Positions 28,831 to 38,021 of a stretch of 64,000 bases of DNA are shown here, piece after piece. The first letter of the stretch is position 1; every line of letters starts with the position of its first letter. Under the pieces are notes generated by a model. That model worked only from the letters and a program-made list of their open reading frames with translations, searched no databases and had not been told where the DNA came from. A program made the position numbers and the translations under genes. The DNA is from a virus. The stretch lies in the IMG/VR virus record IMGVR_UViG_3300046832_000578, one strand, 5' to 3'.

Positions 28831-29152
28831 TTTACCCATAATTGTTACAGAAAACAAACACAATGGACTTCAAGCAATTAAATTGACAGAAGGTGCATTT
28901 GAGGGTATAATTTATACCTATGGGAAAGTTAGTATTGATGCAGATGAAGAGAATGATAAGATTCATCTAAAATTTGAATATGAAATTCTTGATTATGCGG
29001 ATAAAGGGTTGACAGACATGAAACCTTTTGAAGCATACATAGGTAAGATACTTGAAGGATTAATCCACGAGGGTGTCGAAGAAAATAATTTAACATACAC
29101 AGGCGGAGTTGATGAGAATAGAACAGAAGATTCTAAGCAATCTGATACATGA
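28820..29152 (+). CDS. Hypothetical protein in the gp40 syntenic position
   Basis: Between uvsX and gp41; homology not confirmed. Confidence 0.55.
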   Translation: MKSNLPIIVTENKHNGLQAIKLTEGAFEGIIYTYGKVSIDADEENDKIHLKFEYEILDYADKGLTDMKPFEAYIGKILEGLIHEGVEENNLTYTGGVDENRTEDSKQSDT

Positions 29153-30500
29153 TGAGCATTATTGTCGTAAGGTAATTCCGTTTCTAAAGAAAGAGTATTT
29201 CACAGATCGTAAAGAAGCAATCCTTACAAGTGAGATTGTTTCCTTCTTCACAAAATACAACAAACCTGCAACAAAAGAAATTCTATCTATTGAAGTTGGA
29301 AATAGAAAAGATCTTAATGACAAAGAGTTAGTTGAACTTGCCGATTATATCGGTAGTTTAAATCATGAGCCAGTTAATGAAGACTGGATGCTAGAAAACA
29401 CTGAGAAGTTTTGTAAAGATAGAGCGGTTTATAATGCGATCCTTAATTCAATTAGTATCATCGATGGGCGAGACAAAATTCATACTAAAGATGCGATACC
29501 TAGCATCCTTAGCGATGCACTCGCTGTTTCTTTTGATAATCACATCGGTCATGACTATCTGGATGACCACCTTTCGAGGTTTGATTTTTATCACAGGGTT
29601 GAAGAGAAAATTCCTTTCGACCTTGACATGTTCAACAAAATCACCAAAGGTGGACTCTCAAAGAAAACCTTAAACATCGCACTTGCTGGCACTGGTGTTG
29701 GTAAGTCATTGTTCATGTGTCACATGAGTGCTGGTTGTTTGACACAAGGTAAAAATGTTTTATACATAACTATGGAAATGGCAGAAGAAAGAATCGCTGA
29801 GAGGATTGATGCGAATCTCTTGAACCTTACCATGGATGAATTGAAAGTTATTGATAAGGATATCTTTGAATCTCGTATCGCAAAGATTACAAGTAAGACT
29901 AAAGGTAAACTAATTGTCAAAGAATATCCAACTGCAAGTGCTCACTCTGGGCACTTTCGTGCATTGCTGGAAGAATTAAAACTGAAACGAGACTTTAGAC
30001 CTGATATAATCTTCATTGATTATCTTAACATCTGTGCGAGTCAGCGAATGAAGCAAGGTGGAAGTATTAACTCTTATACATATATTAAGGCAATCGCAGA
30101 AGAGTTGAGAGGTTTGGCAGTAGAGTATAATGTGCCAATCGTTTCAGCAACTCAAACAACTCGTTCTGGGTATACAAATTCAGATCCAGGACTAGAAGAT
30201 ACGAGTGAATCATTTGGTTTGCCAGCGACCGCTGACTTCATGTTTGCTTTGGTCAGCAATGAAGAATTAGAAGCGTTAAATCAAATCCTTGTAAAACAAT
30301 TAAAGAATCGTTACAACGATCCTAGTTTTTACAAACGATTTGTGATTGGAATTGATAGAGCAAAGATGAAATTGTATGACACAGAAGCATCTGCTCAAGT
30401 TAATATAAGTGACTCTGGTCAAGATGATGAGCCAGTGTTTGATAAGAGTAGTTTTGGTCGCAGACAAAAAGCAGAATCATTCGAGGGATTTAAGTTTTAG
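29112..30500 (+). CDS. gp41: Replicative helicase gp41 (DnaB-like)
   Basis: AGTGVGKS, TMEMAEE.IAERIDAN, DYLNIC, SATQTTR, SESFGLP.TAD, QLKNRY.D. Confidence 0.96.
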   Translation: MRIEQKILSNLIHDEHYCRKVIPFLKKEYFTDRKEAILTSEIVSFFTKYNKPATKEILSIEVGNRKDLNDKELVELADYIGSLNHEPVNEDWMLENTEKFCKDRAVYNAILNSISIIDGRDKIHTKDAIPSILSDALAVSFDNHIGHDYLDDHLSRFDFYHRVEEKIPFDLDMFNKITKGGLSKKTLNIALAGTGVGKSLFMCHMSAGCLTQGKNVLYITMEMAEERIAERIDANLLNLTMDELKVIDKDIFESRIAKITSKTKGKLIVKEYPTASAHSGHFRALLEELKLKRDFRPDIIFIDYLNICASQRMKQGGSINSYTYIKAIAEELRGLAVEYNVPIVSATQTTRSGYTNSDPGLEDTSESFGLPATADFMFALVSNEELEALNQILVKQLKNRYNDPSFYKRFVIGIDRAKMKLYDTEASAQVNISDSGQDDEPVFDKSSFGRRQKAESFEGFKF

Positions 30501-30509
30501 GAGAAAGAT

Positions 30510-31823
30510 ATGGTAAAAGTTATTGTAGCAAAACAGAAACATGATATGACTCATATGTTGGGACAGTTCCCTGATGAGTCGCATTATGATCATCTTATCG
30601 AGGAAGATACAGATGTATACATGCCAGAGATTCCAGGACATCCAGAGATGACATTCTCTGAAGAGAGGATTGTTCTGAAGTTTCGTAAGAATTATTTTAC
30701 AAAAGAACAACAAGACCAAGCATACATTGGACTTCGTGAAGCTGCAACTGAGACGCAGAATCGTGGACTTGCAGCTGGACCAAGAGCAGAGAAGTTAGGT
30801 AATCGTGAATGGGTCACTGAGTATGAATATGACATCGTTGATTACTTCAGTAATCCCAAAGCCAATCTATTTGGTGAAGATCCAATTGAAGCAATTCGTC
30901 AGGCACATAAGAACAAGAAGCCATCTCCGTCTAATCGTAATAATGTTTGGGGTATTTCTACTGTAAAGAAAGACAACTTCGTCTTTGAAGACTGGGTTGA
31001 AGCAACAAGAAAACTTTCTGAGAATGAAATGCGTGCAGAAGCAAAACGAGTTGCTGAGAAATATATCTGTGCAACAACCTATGCCAATGGTGTGTTCTCT
31101 GGTATTGCTGGATGGTTCGATCGTTATCCTCGCATTCCTTATGGTCGTGCAACATCTTATACTGCGAATCATCCAGACAAATTTGCTATGGCGTATCCAT
31201 TCCTACAGCAACTTGCACAGGGTTTTAAAGATCTGTTGCCATGGAGATATGGTAATCAGATGGAAGCAGCAAATAAAATGGATCCTCGTTTCTTAGTTCC
31301 AGAAACTCCATTCACTACTGTCACTGTGAATAGATCTTTTAGAACTGCGTGTCACTTTGATGCAGGTGACCTAACTTCTGGTCTATCAAATCTACTGACA
31401 TTATCAAACAATGGTAATTATCGTGGTTGCCATCTTGTTGCACCAGAGTATCGTGTCGCAGTAAATCCCAGACCTGGAGATCTACTTTTGATTAACAATC
31501 ATGAAGTAATGCATGGTAATACTCAGATTGAATTGCTTGATGATGTGGCAGAGAGAATTTCATTGGTTGTGTACTTCCGTGAGAAGATGCTTGAGTTAGG
31601 ATCTAAAGAGTATGAAGATTGTCGTTTTGACTTTGTTGAATCTCGCAGACTTAATAAAGAACATCCAGAACAACGACCATTGTGGAATGGTGTATCACCA
31701 TCAATGTGGGATTCTAAAGAATGGTTTGATTATCTAGAATCAAAACTAGGTACAGAAGTATTGAACAAGTATCATCCACCAAAGACTACAACTGTTAATG
31801 CACTCGAGGAGTTCTTCGGATAA
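30510..31823 (+). CDS. TET/JBP-family 2OG-Fe(II) dioxygenase (5-methylpyrimidine oxidase)
   Basis: FTTVTVN...RTACHFDAGD (HxD), PGDLLL.NNHEVMHGNT (distal His), RISLV.YFRE (2OG-binding Arg), SGIAG.FDR. Confidence 0.85.
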   Translation: MVKVIVAKQKHDMTHMLGQFPDESHYDHLIEEDTDVYMPEIPGHPEMTFSEERIVLKFRKNYFTKEQQDQAYIGLREAATETQNRGLAAGPRAEKLGNREWVTEYEYDIVDYFSNPKANLFGEDPIEAIRQAHKNKKPSPSNRNNVWGISTVKKDNFVFEDWVEATRKLSENEMRAEAKRVAEKYICATTYANGVFSGIAGWFDRYPRIPYGRATSYTANHPDKFAMAYPFLQQLAQGFKDLLPWRYGNQMEAANKMDPRFLVPETPFTTVTVNRSFRTACHFDAGDLTSGLSNLLTLSNNGNYRGCHLVAPEYRVAVNPRPGDLLLINNHEVMHGNTQIELLDDVAERISLVVYFREKMLELGSKEYEDCRFDFVESRRLNKEHPEQRPLWNGVSPSMWDSKEWFDYLESKLGTEVLNKYHPPKTTTVNALEEFFG

Positions 31824-32518
31824 TGTGTGCCGTAATTGGAACAATCATTCAGAATCCTTCAACAAAGGATTTTGAAAATCTACTTCGTGTATTCCATGAG
31901 TCTAAGATTCGTGGAATGCATGCTACAGGAATCTCATATGTTAAGCATGGTAAAATCCATACTGAGAAACACCCAGTGCCAGCTAATAATTTTCCTTTTG
32001 ATTTGCCAGCGTATGTCAATGAAGATGGAAATCTATACCTTATTGGGCACTGCCGTTATAGCACTAGCGATCTTGAGTATAATCAGCCAATTGCTAATGA
32101 TAATCTCTCAGTAGTTCACAATGGTGTTATTACTCAAGAACTACCAGAGAAATGGAAAGAGTTGTATGGTTATGATTGTGAAACTAAAAACGATACAGAA
32201 TTAATCCTACACACAGCAGAAAATTGCATCTCTCCGTTAGTTCGTTGGAAAGATTCTAGTCTTGCAGTTTGCGAGTTGCATGTTGATAGAGTTATTCGTG
32301 CATATCGCAATGGCAAGCGTCCATTATATTTGACAACTTTCAACAATGGATGTATAATTACCTCTACTGAAAATATTCCTGCACGAGCAGGTATTGAAGG
32401 ATTTACAACTGAGTTACCTTTGAACACTTATATAACTTTTGATGATGCATTGGCTATGATGGTTGAAAAAGAAACGATAGCTGACGCAGTGGATTTCCAA
32501 CACTATGAACTTTGTTAA
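31823..32518 (+). CDS. Class II (Ntn) glutamine amidotransferase, stand-alone glutaminase domain
   Basis: N-terminal MCAVIG (Cys nucleophile), RG.HATG, GHCRYST, NQP, HNG, DTE. Confidence 0.88.
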   Translation: MCAVIGTIIQNPSTKDFENLLRVFHESKIRGMHATGISYVKHGKIHTEKHPVPANNFPFDLPAYVNEDGNLYLIGHCRYSTSDLEYNQPIANDNLSVVHNGVITQELPEKWKELYGYDCETKNDTELILHTAENCISPLVRWKDSSLAVCELHVDRVIRAYRNGKRPLYLTTFNNGCIITSTENIPARAGIEGFTTELPLNTYITFDDALAMMVEKETIADAVDFQHYELC

Positions 32519-33146
32519 TTCTACAAGAGTAGAAGAACTAATTAAAAACAGTCCAGCTGGTAAGAACACCAAGTTCTTATCGGCTGCACACTCATTGTGG
32601 TATCGCTTTCATAATTATGACAAAGCACCACCGATGACATATGAAGTAAATGGTGAAGTTGTATCTCTTATCTTTGCCACATTCAATCGTGACAACTACT
32701 CAAATCTATACGAAATCGTTACAATTGAAGGACATGAAGGTAAAGGATATGCATCCAAGTGTTGGGATGCATGGATTGATTATGCAGTCAAAGAAAGAAA
32801 GATGACTCGATTGAAAATGTCCTGCACACCATCATCTGTTACATGGCACTATAAGAATGGTTTGATTTGGTGGGCAGTAGATCCAACAGGTTCACTTCGC
32901 TCTGATCAACCATTATTCCCAACAAGAGTAGAACAGATTGCTTATCGAGATTATGCTATTGTGAATCCACTTCAAGCACTACCACCATACAAAGCAAGAG
33001 AACAATTTCGATTAGAGGGATTAGAATCCTACAAGTGGGGTGAGAAAAAGAAAGCAAAAAGCCAAGCAGCAATTGATGCAGTGGGTAAGGCATGGTTAAG
33101 AGAAGCACTAATGGAACAACCCTCTTTAGAAGAATTTTTAGTATAA
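32505..33146 (+). CDS. GNAT-family acyltransferase
   Basis: Motif A LYEIVT....EGKGYAS, then S..WHYKNG. Confidence 0.7.
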   Translation: MNFVNSTRVEELIKNSPAGKNTKFLSAAHSLWYRFHNYDKAPPMTYEVNGEVVSLIFATFNRDNYSNLYEIVTIEGHEGKGYASKCWDAWIDYAVKERKMTRLKMSCTPSSVTWHYKNGLIWWAVDPTGSLRSDQPLFPTRVEQIAYRDYAIVNPLQALPPYKAREQFRLEGLESYKWGEKKKAKSQAAIDAVGKAWLREALMEQPSLEEFLV

Positions 33147-34165
33147 TGGATTATCGTTTGCAAGAAAATCGTAAGGAAGCATTCATTCGCTGGTATGCTT
33201 GGTCGTTGAAGTATGATGACTGCGATCCTGCTGTATGGGCAACAAACTATCTGAACAATCGTTATGAACATAATGATGAGCAGAAGTTGTGGTTGTGTTG
33301 GTTGTATGGTAATACATACTATCTTCCAACTGCATGGATTCTTATGAACGAGTTTCCAGACTTTGAGTTAGCCACTGTAGATCGTATGACACAATGGAAC
33401 ACTACAAACTATAAACGATTAAGATACCAAACAGATACAAAGTGGAACAAAGGACACCTCCCTACCATGTTCGCTTCTTACCAACAATTTGTGGGAGACA
33501 AAACACAGAGAGAAAGGTTAGAAGAATATTATGGACGCAATGAAGAAGAGAACTTTAATAACCTGTGGACAGGCATTAAGTCTGGGTTGCATAAGTTTGG
33601 TCGTTATTCCACTTGGTTTTATCTTCAGCATCTTAAGCATACTGCTGGTGTCCATATCAATCCTACTTCTCTCATGTTGGATGATTATGATGGCTCTCGC
33701 TCTCATCGTAATGGATTGCTTTATGCCGTTGGACAGGAAGACTTTGTGGATAGAAAACTCACTGGAGGACATTATAGCAACCTTGAAGCACAAGCGTACG
33801 AGATTCTTTGCGAGACGAAAGCGAGATTTCCAGAACTAATTGATCAGATAGATTACTTTACCATGGAAACTTGTTTGTGTTCTTTTAAGAAGATCTTTAG
33901 AGCACATCATGGTCGTTATCTTGGATACTATCTTGATAGACAGGCAGAAGAAATTATGCAGTGTGAGAAGGATGGATGGTATGGTATTGATTGGGATGTT
34001 TTGTGGCAATCACGAGAAGAAACTATCGACTTGAGATTAGACCACAGAAGAGGAATTGATAAAGAAAGATTTTCTAGTTTTATTAATACAGGAAGACTAG
34101 AGAATTTAGAGTGGATGTTTGATGATGAGCAACCTATATTAAATGGATTGGAGATTTTTGCATGA
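33146..34165 (+). CDS. Amino-acid:DNA transferase (aGPT-PPlase2-like, HhH-glycosylase fold)
   Basis: D.DP, WL.WLYG.TY, KFGRYSTWFY.Q.L (HhH-like), ETCLC.FKK, RY.GYY.DR; context with TET and kinase. Confidence 0.75.
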   Translation: MDYRLQENRKEAFIRWYAWSLKYDDCDPAVWATNYLNNRYEHNDEQKLWLCWLYGNTYYLPTAWILMNEFPDFELATVDRMTQWNTTNYKRLRYQTDTKWNKGHLPTMFASYQQFVGDKTQRERLEEYYGRNEEENFNNLWTGIKSGLHKFGRYSTWFYLQHLKHTAGVHINPTSLMLDDYDGSRSHRNGLLYAVGQEDFVDRKLTGGHYSNLEAQAYEILCETKARFPELIDQIDYFTMETCLCSFKKIFRAHHGRYLGYYLDRQAEEIMQCEKDGWYGIDWDVLWQSREETIDLRLDHRRGIDKERFSSFINTGRLENLEWMFDDEQPILNGLEIFA

Positions 34166-34557
34166 GTTTAACAACGACAAGTTCTGTTTCTTTACCAGTA
34201 AGCATTAGTGATATGACCACTGGGAGTATAACTATATCAAACACCAGTGGTAGTTATGGAACCATTGCCATGGGTGTAATAACCGATGACTTACTAGACA
34301 AGTATGAGTTTAATAAACTAACTGTTGATCATAAAGTATCAGCACATGAACTCTTAAAGTTAAAAGATACTGTTCCAACTTATGCAGACGAGATTAAAGA
34401 AAACCTTGCTAAGAATGCATCAAGAGAATTGGTAAAGAAGATTACCTTTACAAAGAAACATGATGTTGACTCTGATGTGCATCACTTTATTGGAAGAGTC
34501 TGGGTATTTACAGAGGAAGAACTAAGAAAACTTATTGAGGAAGTGAAACATGCTTAA
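34162..34557 (+). CDS. Hypothetical protein inside modification operon
   Basis: Ser/Thr-rich N-terminus; overlaps neighbours. Confidence 0.55.
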   Translation: MSLTTTSSVSLPVSISDMTTGSITISNTSGSYGTIAMGVITDDLLDKYEFNKLTVDHKVSAHELLKLKDTVPTYADEIKENLAKNASRELVKKITFTKKHDVDSDVHHFIGRVWVFTEEELRKLIEEVKHA

Positions 34558-35158
34558 AGAAATTGTAGGAACAACTGATCAAATTTCAATTCAGATTATT
34601 CGTGGAGAACCACAGGTGCGTAAACTAATCGCTGTGGGTGGTCAACCTGGAACTGGTAAAACCACTCTATTCCGTAAGTTTATGGAGAAGTATCAATGGG
34701 AGAAAGTCGAACCTAAAAAGATGCTTCCTGCTCTATATTGTAAAGAACTAGACCTATACATTCTAGGTAAGTATGATGATGGAGAAACCTTTGCTGGTAC
34801 AGATCGTCTAAGTATGGCTGTTCAACCAGTGGCACAGGAGTTTGTTAGAGAGACCACCTCCAATATTCTATTCGAGGGAGACCGAATCTTTAATCAGTCC
34901 TTCCTAGAGTTTGCAATGGGACTTCCTAATACAGATCTTCAGGTAATTTACCTTAAAGTTCCAGATGCTATGCTAAAAGAACGCTATGCAGAACGAGGAT
35001 CCGACCAATCTGAGACTTTCCTAAAAGGTCGTGCGACTAAATATAGTAATATATTGTCTAATTTTGAACTGATGCCCTACATTACAGAGTTCGTTAATAC
35101 TAACTTAGAGGAGCAGGGAAAGGTTTTGAGTTTCTTGGAAGGACATTTCAAGAGATAA
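34550..35158 (+). CDS. P-loop kinase (5-hydroxymethylpyrimidine DNA kinase-like)
   Basis: GGQPGTGKTT, LGKY....FAGTDRLS, FEGDR, R..ERGS. Confidence 0.75.
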   Translation: MLKEIVGTTDQISIQIIRGEPQVRKLIAVGGQPGTGKTTLFRKFMEKYQWEKVEPKKMLPALYCKELDLYILGKYDDGETFAGTDRLSMAVQPVAQEFVRETTSNILFEGDRIFNQSFLEFAMGLPNTDLQVIYLKVPDAMLKERYAERGSDQSETFLKGRATKYSNILSNFELMPYITEFVNTNLEEQGKVLSFLEGHFKR

Positions 35159-35179
35159 AATGCCTTTCTAGGATGTAAA

Positions 35180-35896
35180 ATGAAGTTCCTAGAAAATGCC
35201 AATTTCGACTGGATGGATCTACTCAACTTTGGGGAACGACCATTCAGAGCGAAGTTCATTCCTGCAAAGGTTTGGAAAGATCTTGATCTCTATCGCAACG
35301 ATGGCAAGGGTCTTTCCAACTACTTCCGTAAGTGGCGAACAAAGATAGAGTTTCGACCAGAGCCATCCAAAGCCAAGATGTATGAATCCTATGTGGCTTG
35401 TGGTGGAGAATACGATCCCACTACTCGCCAGTCTACAATATTCATCTACACCTATTACTTCGATGAATTCCCATTCACAGATAAAACTTGGGACAAATTC
35501 AAGTATCGTCTAATTCAAGTGACTATGCATGAGTTAATACACTTCATGCAGTTCGATCGTAGAGGAGACGAGTGGAGTGGGTATGTAGTTCCTTACAAAA
35601 AGGTTAAGTCACAAAAGAAGAACGACGAGAGAAAGTATCTCTCTGAGTTTGATGAAATACAAGCATATGCACATTGCTGTTTGTTAGACTTTAAAACCTA
35701 TCGTCCAAATGTTCCTATTGACATTCTGTTATCTCGTGCAAAGAAATACAGAGACTCATCAACCCTTAGATCCTATCTAAAGTCCTTCAATTACGACTAC
35801 AAGAACAATGTTGCAATCCCAAAGATTATGCAACAGATTATCAAGTGGGATCGTAAATATCAAAAAACAGTCCGAGCATCTCGTCGTCCTAAATAA
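35180..35896 (+). CDS. Zincin-like HExxH protein
   Basis: MHELIHFMQ ... Y....DEIQAYA. Confidence 0.65.
   Translation: MKFLENANFDWMDLLNFGERPFRAKFIPAKVWKDLDLYRNDGKGLSNYFRKWRTKIEFRPEPSKAKMYESYVACGGEYDPTTRQSTIFIYTYYFDEFPFTDKTWDKFKYRLIQVTMHELIHFMQFDRRGDEWSGYVVPYKKVKSQKKNDERKYLSEFDEIQAYAHCCLLDFKTYRPNVPIDILLSRAKKYRDSSTLRSYLKSFNYDYKNNVAIPKIMQQIIKWDRKYQKTVRASRRPK
35888..35895 (+). promoter_or_regulatory. Late promoter CCTAAATA
   Basis: Recurrent octamer ~30 nt before next start. Confidence 0.65.
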
Positions 35897-35921
35897 TTAG
35901 TATTTACTAATAGGGACAGTG

Positions 35922-36731
35922 ATGGCAGCACAACAGGGCTTCGCCTACGAAAACAATGCATACAAAGCACTTGCCAAATTCGGTATCAGTGCTGGGTCAG
36001 GTGCAGCTGGAGCATCGTCCGATCGCCCAGATCTAGAAATCAAACTTATTAGAGATAAAACAGGTGTCAATAAAGAGGGATGCGAGTTAAAGATTGCACC
36101 CACTGCAGCAGGTTCACTAGTCCTTAAATACTATGATGGTAAATGGGCATATGGTGTGACTGATGATGATCCTGAAAAGGAATTATTAGTAGCACTTGGA
36201 AACAAATACAAACTATTAAATGAGATGAATGTCTCAGGTACATATGGTAAGAATTGGAGAGGTAAAGTTCCTTTTTTACAAAATGATAAAGCAGGTAAGA
36301 AGATTGTTCCAAGTGGTAAGACTAAAGCAGATGCCTACAAAGAAGACATAAAGCAGTTTAGTGGTCCAAACGAAGTCCATATACCTGTCCCAGCCAAAGC
36401 AATTTGCGACTACTACAACTCGAAGAAGTGTGCATATATTAATGTTGGCACACATGGATTCTTTTTACTAAACAAAGCAGATCCATTAAAACTAAATCAA
36501 AAACTGAAGAATAAAATCCCAGACTTTGCTGACATTGCATCATCTAGAATTAGAGTGCGATGCCAATATAAAGGTTCTGGAGATTATCAATTCGTCATGA
36601 CATTAGAGTTTAGTAAAATGGCTAAATCATTATATAATATTGCACCAGTTATGAATGCATCCAATATAACAATTAATGAGATGGCATATCAGACAGAGTA
36701 CAACAAACAGTTAATCGGAGCATTTGCGTAA
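35922..36731 (+). CDS. PD-(D/E)xK restriction-endonuclease-fold protein
   Basis: GF.YE, DRPDL, ELK, YY..K...YI.VG..GFF. Confidence 0.6.
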   Translation: MAAQQGFAYENNAYKALAKFGISAGSGAAGASSDRPDLEIKLIRDKTGVNKEGCELKIAPTAAGSLVLKYYDGKWAYGVTDDDPEKELLVALGNKYKLLNEMNVSGTYGKNWRGKVPFLQNDKAGKKIVPSGKTKADAYKEDIKQFSGPNEVHIPVPAKAICDYYNSKKCAYINVGTHGFFLLNKADPLKLNQKLKNKIPDFADIASSRIRVRCQYKGSGDYQFVMTLEFSKMAKSLYNIAPVMNASNITINEMAYQTEYNKQLIGAFA

Positions 36732-37951
36732 TGTTAAATTTTAAATCATTCTTAAAAGAAGAAACTTTACTAGTAGAGAAAGCACTGAGCAGTGCAGTGG
36801 ACAGTGATGACAAAGGTAAGTTACACGAAATCCTTTTATCAAAATATCTACATCCAGAAACTAAATTACCTGCTCATCATCGTGCAGAATCTGAAAATGA
36901 AGACCATGCTGGCACACCACAGCAAGTGCATGATCGCTTAAAGAAAAAAATTGGCGACGCTGCATATAACGAAATTGATTCTCATGCAAAGTCTACAGCC
37001 AAAGCATTACACGATCATTTAATACAACAGGGACATATCAAACCTGGACATAAGATTGGAAATGTTTACTGGACATCCAACGCTGACAAACCAAACAAAC
37101 CTGGAGATCATGAGAAAACTACTGGCATTAAAGATGTGAACTCAAATGCAGATTTAATCGTAGAAATTCATGATAAAAATGGTAAGGTTATTGGACATCA
37201 TGGAATCTCAGCAAAGTATGGAACAAACAAACAACCAAACTATCGCAATCCAGGACTTGACTCTTTAGAGAAAACTGCAAACATTGCAGCAGGTTCTTTA
37301 AATTCACATTTAAAAGTTCATGCATCAGCGATGGAAAAATTAGGTTACACTGGTTCTGCAGAGGATCGTCATGCTCAATACAAGGCAGACAGTTTGGGTA
37401 TTGATAAAGTAAGAGCAGAACACGCTCGTCTTTCTGGATTACTTTCTTCTGGTAGAAAGTTATCCGCAAAAGAAAAGAATACACATAAACATTTTGAGAT
37501 GTTTGTTAATGCTCATGACAACCATAAGAAACCAGATGAGTTTCTACAGATGGCTGCAGCAAGAGCAAAGTCTGCAGAAGAAGGTGCATTGATTGCTAAA
37601 CGAGCAATCGCCAAGAAATTTGCAGATGGTTTGGCTACACATGATGATACTAAACTTAGAGAAATTGTTAATCAGCATGTATCCGCACCAACTAAAATCC
37701 CGCACACTGTGGCACACTCTCATGTTCAAGATGATGGTTCATCAAAACCTGTAGTAAAACCTGCACATAAAATTGCTGATGAACACTTAGATAATTTTGA
37801 AAATCTTCATGTAGTTCATAATGGTGGCATTGCTGTCAACATTAAGGGTACACATAAGAAAACTGGTAAGATTATGAATGTGGCGACCATGACTATAAAG
37901 GGATCTTCTGGTCCACACAAGGGAGCCAACGGCACTTTCACTCTAGGATAA
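36731..37951 (+). CDS. Putative PD-(D/E)xK-like nuclease / virion internal protein
   Basis: N-terminus MLNFKSFLKEE; GKLHE, NADLIV, GISAK motifs; His-rich. Confidence 0.5.
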   Translation: MLNFKSFLKEETLLVEKALSSAVDSDDKGKLHEILLSKYLHPETKLPAHHRAESENEDHAGTPQQVHDRLKKKIGDAAYNEIDSHAKSTAKALHDHLIQQGHIKPGHKIGNVYWTSNADKPNKPGDHEKTTGIKDVNSNADLIVEIHDKNGKVIGHHGISAKYGTNKQPNYRNPGLDSLEKTANIAAGSLNSHLKVHASAMEKLGYTGSAEDRHAQYKADSLGIDKVRAEHARLSGLLSSGRKLSAKEKNTHKHFEMFVNAHDNHKKPDEFLQMAAARAKSAEEGALIAKRAIAKKFADGLATHDDTKLREIVNQHVSAPTKIPHTVAHSHVQDDGSSKPVVKPAHKIADEHLDNFENLHVVHNGGIAVNIKGTHKKTGKIMNVATMTIKGSSGPHKGANGTFTLG

Positions 37952-38015
37952 TCCCCTCAAGTCTGTAGGGTTATTACAGAAAGGTGTTGTCTTTAATTGC
38001 AACTTGCGGTATAAT
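37949..38015 (+). promoter_or_regulatory. Palindrome + early promoter cassette, copy D
   Basis: TAATCCCCT..TGTAGGGTTATTA, TTGTCT(37987)-TTAATTGC..-TATAAT(38010). Confidence 0.8.
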
Positions 38016-38021
38016 AAAGGT

